Part shown: positions 57,936 through 64,000 of the stretch, one piece after another
Position numbering within the stretch: the stretch's first letter is position 1
Layout: each line of letters begins with the position of its first letter
Source: Hydrurus foetidus
Lineage: Eukaryota
Direction: 5' to 3'
NCBI GenBank assembly: GCA_900617105.1
Contig: UYFQ01000506.1
Span: 62,001-126,000 of the forward strand
DNA length: 64,000 bases
Made by a program: the position numbers and the translations under genes
Notes under the pieces: model-generated
The model's input: only the letters and a program-made list of their open reading frames with translations
What the model was told of the DNA's origin: nothing
The model's database searches: none

Positions 57936-58630
57936 TTAAGGCGCCATGGGGATGCGTCGCGCGATCCGAACGCCCTGGCTCGTCACCGCGCATGCATAGA
58001 CCAGCACCTCGACCCCGGCTCCGACCGCTTGCGTCAGGCCGCGCGCGAAGGCCGGATCGAGATCTTCGCAGGCCTTGAAGCTTTCGCAGTCCATCCGTTG
58101 AACCACGAAAAGCGCGACCGCCCGATCGCCGGACTCCACCTGAGCGGCAAGATCCGCCAGGTGCCGGGTCGAGCGCGCCGCTACGCAGTCGGGGAACTCC
58201 GCCAGACCCGGCGTGCGGGAAAGATGGACATTCTTGACTTCCAGCCAGCAGGGCGGGCGGTCCGGATGGGTCAGCAGGAAGTCCACCCGGCTCGCTTCGG
58301 CGTACCGAACCTCCGGTCGGATCGTTGCGTAGCCGGAAAGCTCCGGGATGGCCTCGTCCGCCAGGGCCTCGGCCACCAGCTTGTTGGGCAGCATGGTGTT
58401 GACCCCGACCAGGCCACCGCCCGCCTCGACCAGTTGCAGCGTCCAGGGCAGCTTGCGCTTGGGATCGTCCGACCACGACACCCAGGCCCTGTCGGCGGGT
58501 TCACGCCCAGCATGGCGCCAGGGTTGGGGCAGTGGGCAGTGATCGCCCGGCCGTCGTCCAGCACCATGTCGGCGAAGAAGCGCTTGTAGCGCTGGACGAG
58601 ACGGCCGCGAACGAGCGGTTGCGGGAGCAT
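57936..58630 (-). CDS. sfsA: DNA/RNA nuclease SfsA; frameshift near 58490
   Basis: [41 protein letters not shown]. Confidence 0.93.
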
Positions 58631-58683
58631 GGCGGCCCTAAGTCGGATCGGAGAACGATGAAGCGATGTACGGGAGCGCGGCG

Positions 58684-59443
58684 ATGACGGCCAGCAAGGA
58701 TCGGGTGACGGCGGCGGTGCTGATCATCGGCGACGAGATATCTCGGGGCGTACCCACGTCAATCTCAGCGCCATCGCCAGGTATCTGGCGACCTACGGCG
58801 TCGATCTGGCCGAGGCGCGGGTGGTGCCCGATATCGAGCAGGAGATTGTCGACGCGGTCAACGCCCTGCGCACCCGCTACGACTATGTCGTCACGACCGG
58901 CGGCATCGGCCCCACCCGACGACATCACTGCAACCGATCGCCAAGGCCTTCGGGGTGACGGCGCCCGAGCATCCCGAGATCATGGCTCTGCTGCGCGAAC
59001 GCTGGGGCGAGCCCAACGCCGCTCGCCGTCGCATGGCCCACGTGCCCGAGGGCGGAACCCTGGTGAAGAACCCCGTGCAGGGGCCACCCGGCTTCCAGAT
59101 CGAGAACGTCTTCGTGCTGGCCGGGGTGCCCGCGATCATGCGGGGCATGCTCGGCGATGTGGGCCCACGCCTGCGCACCGGGGCGGTGGTGATCAGCAGG
59201 ACTGTCCGCGTCACAGGTTCCGGCGAGGGCCTGATCGCCGCCCCGTTGGAGGCCGTGGCCAAGGCCCATCCCGATATGTCGCTGGGCAGCTATCCGTTTT
59301 TCTCGCCGCCGGATGTCTATGGCGCCAACCTGGTGGTGCGTGGCCGAGATCCGGTCGAGGTCGATGCGGCTGTCGAGGAGCTGGTCGTGGCGCTGACGGA
59401 GGCCGGCGCGGCCAATATCGAGAAGATCGCGCCCGAGGCCTGA
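58684..59443 (+). CDS. CinA-like molybdopterin-binding-domain protein; frameshifts near 58745 and 58920
   Basis: [38 protein letters not shown]. Confidence 0.85.
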
Positions 59444-59456
59444 CGCCTGCAGGGCC

Positions 59457-59540
59457 TGGTAGGGACAGTGGGACTCGAACCCACACGGATTGCTCCAACG
59501 GATTTTAAGTCCGGCGCGTCTACCATTCCGCCATGTCCCC
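59457..59540 (-). tRNA. tRNA-Leu (anticodon UAA)
   Basis: Minus strand GGGGACATGGCGGAATGGTAGACGCGCCGGACTTAAAATCCG...GGTTCGAGTCCCACTGTCCCTACCA, with a long variable arm and encoded CCA. Confidence 0.97.
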
Positions 59541-59766
59541 GCAGCCCGTGGCGTAAGCGTTTTAGGCCTTAATCACAAGGCTGGCTTGCGCCTCAAAACG
59601 GGAACCATCGGAGAACATGGGCCTGTCGCGGCAAGCGCTGTGACACAAAATCGTCCACAACCTGTTCTCGTTCCGATCCAACGCCCAAAAAAAACCCGCC
59701 GAGGCTGGCACCTCGAACGGGGTCAATTCATTGCGTCGGGATACGAAGACCGAGCGAGCGGAGTCT

Positions 59767-60638
59767 ATGCGTTCGGCTCTGAAACCGCAACTGCTGCCTT
59801 GCGAGGCGGCAAATGAGCGCCTTTCTCGACGCCCACAACTTCCTGGCGCAAAGCTCGCTTGGCAACAGTCGATCCTCAGTGATCACACCCTGACTGACGC
59901 GGCCAAGATCGTCGGCTGTCAGCTTATGCACGATCTACACTCCGAGCGCCGTTGCGCCTGGCGGTCTCAAGATCAGATCGCGCTGCTGTTGGGAAAGGAT
60001 CGACGAACGGTCCAGCGAGCCCTGGCGCACCTCGTGACCGGTCATCTGGAGCAGACCACTTCGCGCGGTCGCGGACATGCCAACACCTATCGCGCCCTGA
60101 TCAGGGGCGAGACCGCAACCCTTGAAGATGTTTCGCCCGCGTCCGAAGAGGCCCCGAAGGCGGCGCCAGTGTCGCACTACCCTCACAAAGGCGAAGCCAG
60201 TGTCGCACTACCCCCACAACAGGCGGCACCAGTGACGCCTTTTAGGGAGAAAAGGCGGCGCTGGTGTCCATAAAGGCGGCGCTGGTGCCGCCCCATGCCT
60301 TGATAATACCATTAATAACCCCCTACCCCCAAGGGCAGCGCGGCGAGCGGGTGAGGCGAGGGGAGAACCACAACGCTCCACGAACCGGCTTCGTGATCGG
60401 CTTCCCGGATGCTGATCTTCGGGCAGCGCTCTCGGGCTACTGGATGAGCCCGGTGTACGTAGCTGGCAGTCCCAACGCCTGGCGCGCATCGGATCGCACC
60501 ATCGTCTGTCGCCTCGACTTTACCAAAACAACACCGAGCGGGCTGGTCGCCTGCTCAGGAGCTGGCGTGCGGGTGATTGCAGACGCTACCGAGCATAGCC
60601 GGTTAAGGTCAGTCTTCGCCCTGGCGAGCGCTGCCTGA
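59767..60638 (+). CDS. Phage-type HTH replication initiator with internal iteron-like repeats; frameshift near 60250
   Basis: AWRSQDQIALLLGKDRRTVQRALAHL...GRGHANTY wHTH pattern. The KAAPVS/KAALVS repeats continue into ORF 60264..60638, whose TGA overlaps the HNH ATG. Confidence 0.65.
60157..60291 (+). repeat. Five ~19-bp iteron-like repeats, approximate consensus AAGGCGGCGCCAGTGTCGC
   Basis: Copies start at 60157, 60188, 60220, 60252 and 60273; an AT-rich patch follows at 60300-60320. Confidence 0.75.
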
Positions 60639-60937
60639 TGGCGGCTTGGCCCTACAACACGGCGACATGGGCCAAGCTGAGGGCGGCGAAGCTTTCGACT
60701 TCGCCGCTCTGCGAACCTTGCGACTGGCGAGGCATCAGAGGCCTGCCAAAGCTGTCGACCACATCGTCAGCATCGCCAGCGGCGGGCCTGCCTTCCCGAG
60801 CTCGAAGGCCTGCGGTCCATGTGCTCGCCCTGCCATTCGATCAAGACGAACGCCCTCGACCGTGCGGGCGGGAAGGGCGTTGCCTTCAAGGGCTGCGACC
60901 CTTCCGGCCTGCCGCTCGACCCGGCCACCGTTCCTGA
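60638..60937 (+). CDS. Phage HNH endonuclease (terminase-associated, HK97 gp74-like); frameshifted, end approximate
   Basis: YNTATWAKLR..KL...PLCEPC, AVDHIVSI, MCSPCHSIKT and GCDPSGLPLDP across three frames. Confidence 0.85.
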   Translation: MAAWPYNTATWAKLRAAKLSTSPLCEPCDWRGIRGLPKLSTTSSASPAAGLPSRARRPAVHVLALPFDQDERPRPCGREGRCLQGLRPFRPAARPGHRS

Positions 60938-61029
60938 TGCAGGGGATAGCCCCTCGAAGGACCAGAAGCTGGCTGGCCAGGACCGGCGTCTGATGTGCGC
61001 TCTGAGTTAGTTCGAGATTGGGGCGTCTG

Positions 61030-62681
61030 ATGGGTCAGCGCGGACCTGGAGCAAAGCCGGTCAAGCGGCCTGAGGCCGTGGCGAACGTCTTGCCGCTGTT
61101 CCCAACGACGACCACGCCGCAAGATGCAGCATGGTTCACCCTGGGAGGCCGAAGGGCTATCGCGCGTTGACCGCGTGGTCGCCTTCCTGGAAGCCTGCCG
61201 ATCACGTCGGGTGCGCTGGCCGGGGAGACCATGGTTGTGCGCCCGTGGCAGCGAGTTTATCAAAGCGGTGTATTCGCAGGACGCGAACGCGGTTCGCCAT
61301 GTGCGGACGGCGGTGCTGTCCATGGCCCGGAAGAACGGCAAGAGGGCCTTGCGGCGGGCCTCGCCCTTTGCCACCTAGCAGGACCGGAAGCCGAGCAACG
61401 CGGCAGGTCTATTCGGCCGCCAATGACCGCGCCCAGGCCGGGATTCTCTACAACGAAATGACCGCCATCATTGAGCGCGTCCCATGGCTGGAACAGCGCT
61501 TGAGCGTACGCCGGCACAAGGAAATCGAGGACTTCACCAACGGCTCGGTCTACTGCGCCCTGTCGGCCGACGTCCCCGGCAAGCACGGCCTTTCGCCCTC
61601 GTTCGTGGTCTATGACGAGCTAGCCAGGCCCGCAGCCGCGACCTTTCGACGCCCTGGACACCGCCATGGGCGCGCGGCTGAACCTGATGCTGGTCATTTC
61701 GACCCAGGCGGCGAGCGATTTGGCCCCATGTCGGAACTGATCGACTATGGCCAGCGCATCCTGGACGGCGAGATCGAAGACTGGTCCTTCCACCTGTCGC
61801 TGTATGCCGCTCCCGAGGCCATGGACCCCTGGAGCGAAGAGGCCTGGCTTGCCGCCAACCCCGCCCTTGGCGACTTTCGATCGCTCGATGACGTCAAGCG
61901 CCAGGCCTCTCAGGCCCGCCGCATCCCCTCGAAAGAGGCCGCTTTCCGCAACCTGATCCTCAATCAGCGCGTCGACGCTGAGACCCGATTCCTGCCTTTG
62001 GCCGAATGGCGGGCTTGTGGCCAGACCGTGGACCCTGCCGAGCTCGAAGGCCGCGCCTGCTGGGCCGCTCTGGACCGCCGCCACCCGCGATCTGACGGCC
62101 CTGGTGCTGGTGTTCCCGCTCGATGACGGCCAGGTCGCGGCTGCCGTTCTTTGGCTTCCGGTCGCCAACCTGGCCGATCGCGCCGAGCAGGACCGCGTGC
62201 CCTACATCGTCTGGAAAGATCAGGCGTCCTGCAACCACGCCCGGCGCCGCAACCGACCCCGGTTCATCGCCGCTGCTTTTGCCGAGATCCGGTCACGCTA
62301 TCGCGTGCAGGCCCTGGCCTATGACCGCTGGCGCATCGAAAGCTTCAAGCTGGCTCTGGCAGATGAAGGCATCGACGATATCGAGCTCATCTCGCACGGC
62401 CAGGGCGACATGGCGCTGGCCGTTGACGCGCTCGAGCTCGCCGCTGCCGAGCGCCGCTTGCGACACGGCAACCACCCGGTGCTGACCTGGTGTATATCCA
62501 ACGCCGTGACGACCCGCGATCCGGCCGGGAATGCCAAGCTGGACAAGAGCCGGTCGAATGGCTGATCGACGGCGTTGTTGTTCTGGCCATGGCGCTCAAC
62601 GCCATGCAGATGCGCCCGAGGCCGAGGCGTGGTCGCCTATGGTCGAGTTTGGCTGGGCCTGGTCGAGGATCGCGCGTATAG
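61030..62681 (+). CDS. Phage terminase large subunit; many frameshifts, end approximate
   Basis: RPWQ, Walker A SMARKNGK, YSAANDRAQA, Walker B VVYDELA, ISTQA, ANPALG, FRNLILNQRV, AYDRW, KLDKSRS, IDGVVVLAMA. Confidence 0.9.
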
Positions 62682-62903
62682 CAGCGGGGCGCGATAGGCA
62701 GGGTTTTCGCGGGCGATCCATGCGTCTAGCGCCGCAAGCTGCTCCGGTGGGATGCGGACGTTATCGGCACCGCATCGACCCTGACCTGACTTTCTGACGT
62801 TGGAAACGTTTGACATCTTGGTTTTTCAATGTCAGAAAGTCGGGCCAAGGTAAGTTGCACCTCAAGGCCCTAACCGTAACCGATCCCTAGGGGAGATCAG
62901 GCC

Positions 62904-63291
62904 ATGGCTTCGCTCGCCATAGCACGCCCGCGCGTGCGCCCAAATTACCAGTCTATCCGCTTTCGCCTTCGAGGTTCTATCGCGCGGCTATCGCCGCGCT
63001 CTCGACCAGCTGGACGGCGACCCGGACCTTGAAGACAGCTTCGACCAAGAGGCGGTCTGCGAAGATGAGGGCCACGAACCGGACCGTGAACCCGACGCCG
63101 CTGAATTCTTCCCCTGGCCTGACGGCGACGTTGACCAGACCAACCTCATCATTCGCCCGAGTTTGATCATGGATTCACGCCGCGCCATGCTTCTGCGGCT
63201 TTGCCGCCACCGCCACCGCCACCGCCACCGCCACCGCCACCGCTACGTCGCGAACCGTTCGCCTCCGCGTCCGACCGTGGGCGGAAGCTGA
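62904..63291 (+). CDS. Acidic phage-associated hypothetical protein; needs one frameshift
   Basis: GGAG RBS and ATG at 62904; the frame from about 63001 reads LDQLDGDPDLEDSFDQEAVCEDEGHEPDREPD. Confidence 0.4.
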
Positions 63292-64000
63292 TTTCGCTTT
63301 CGCCCCTGGCTTTGCTGAAGCCGTCAATCGAGCTCAGCGCCGCCGGCTCTGCCAGGTCAGGTTTCCGCAATCCTATTTCCGCTGCCCTAACCGCGACGAT
63401 CCTGGCTGGCCCTGGCTCGTTTTGAGCCGGTTCGCCGATTAACGGCGCGTCGGCCGTCAAGACTTGGTGATTGTCATGCTCTGCGCAGCAGCGACCCATA
63501 GGCGAACCCGGTTCGCGCCATGCATTTGCGTTGACCCGAACTGCATTCAAATGAAAGTCCTTTGACCATTCAAAAGAATGCGGCATCATCAAGCCATGGA
63601 CGCGAACACGAAAATCAATTGCTATGAGCCCCAATTCACCCAGCGGGAAGCATCCGAGTCGCGGCGTTGATATACACCATCACAATTGGATTGCGCGGAA
63701 AGACTTTGATCTTCCCGAAGTAATGACCGGCGATCGTGGCTGACGTCTGTTTTCCATCGCAGATATCGCTGCGCTTCATGCAATGCATTATTGCGTGAAG
63801 TTGCTCGACATGCGTCCAGCCGCTGCTGGTTTCGCAGGGTCTGTTGTTCGCGAATTTTCCGCAGCCCGCCACAGAATCCCGTTCAGGATGATGATGGCAA
63901 GCACTTCAGCGTTTGGCACATTGTCAAAAGGCTGCTCTGACATTCGCTGGCGAGGGCGAGTGGAGCGCTCAAGGGGTTTGGCAACAGCCCGAAACCGGCG
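63167..64000 (-). CDS. Lower-GC hypothetical cargo gene with a poly-Gly tail; probably ORFs 63167..63634 and 63636..63872 joined, start unresolved
   Basis: Abutting minus-strand ORFs with atypical codon use; no family recognised. Confidence 0.35.
63204..63243. repeat. (CCGCCA)6+ hexamer tandem repeat
   Basis: Six perfect copies plus a partial copy. Confidence 0.9.

Larger units (their letters stand above)
59700..64000. mobile_element. Phage-derived element (satellite-like or decayed prophage); boundaries uncertain, probably extends past the window
   Basis: Rep-HNH-TerL operon next to a tRNA, with lower-GC DNA at the right end; no integrase, portal or capsid visible. Confidence 0.65.

Noticed and set aside
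59457..59540. tRNA-Leu 3' end as the attachment site of the phage module
   Set aside because: The tRNA 3' end faces the core CinA-like gene, and I saw no duplicated tRNA fragment or integrase in the window
59686..59722. A-run plus hairpin with a CTGGCA loop upstream of rep, as a P4/C4-like antisense target or terminator
   Set aside because: The stem is imperfect and no cognate antisense RNA was found; it needs an Infernal search
60157..60291. Spaced repeats as a mini-CRISPR array
   Set aside because: The repeats are degenerate, the gaps are only 2-13 bp, they lie within a coding region, and no cas genes are present

Overview
A high-GC alphaproteobacterial chromosome segment whose gene content and intergenic repeat suggest Caulobacter. 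About 30 genes, including the normally essential map, are split by small indels; these look like long-read consensus errors, so I report them as reconstructed CDSs. From left to right: (1) a LacI-controlled beta-glucoside locus with a GH3, a TonB-dependent receptor and two tandem flavin-dependent halogenases; (2) a two-component system whose kinase has a Pro/Ala-rich sensor; (3) a second TonB receptor with peptidases; (4) XRE-cupin, pentapeptide and CoA-transferase genes; (5) TauD and a serralysin separated by a CIR/RIME-type repeat; (6) a CHASE2 kinase/LysM-FecR/response regulator operon; (7) a second GH3 with the same LacI-type operator, then a cold-shock gene; (8) a core block: RR/HK, permuted D-amino-acid oxidase, BlaR-like M56, glnE, EF-hand/ECF operon, msrPQ, dipeptidase, radC, map, desaturase, sfsA, CinA-like gene and tRNA-Leu(UAA); (9) at the right end, a compact phage-derived module with an iteron-containing Rep, an HNH and a large terminase but no visible portal, capsid or integrase. 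It may be a satellite or a decayed prophage. All calls come from reading motifs by eye; no searches were run.
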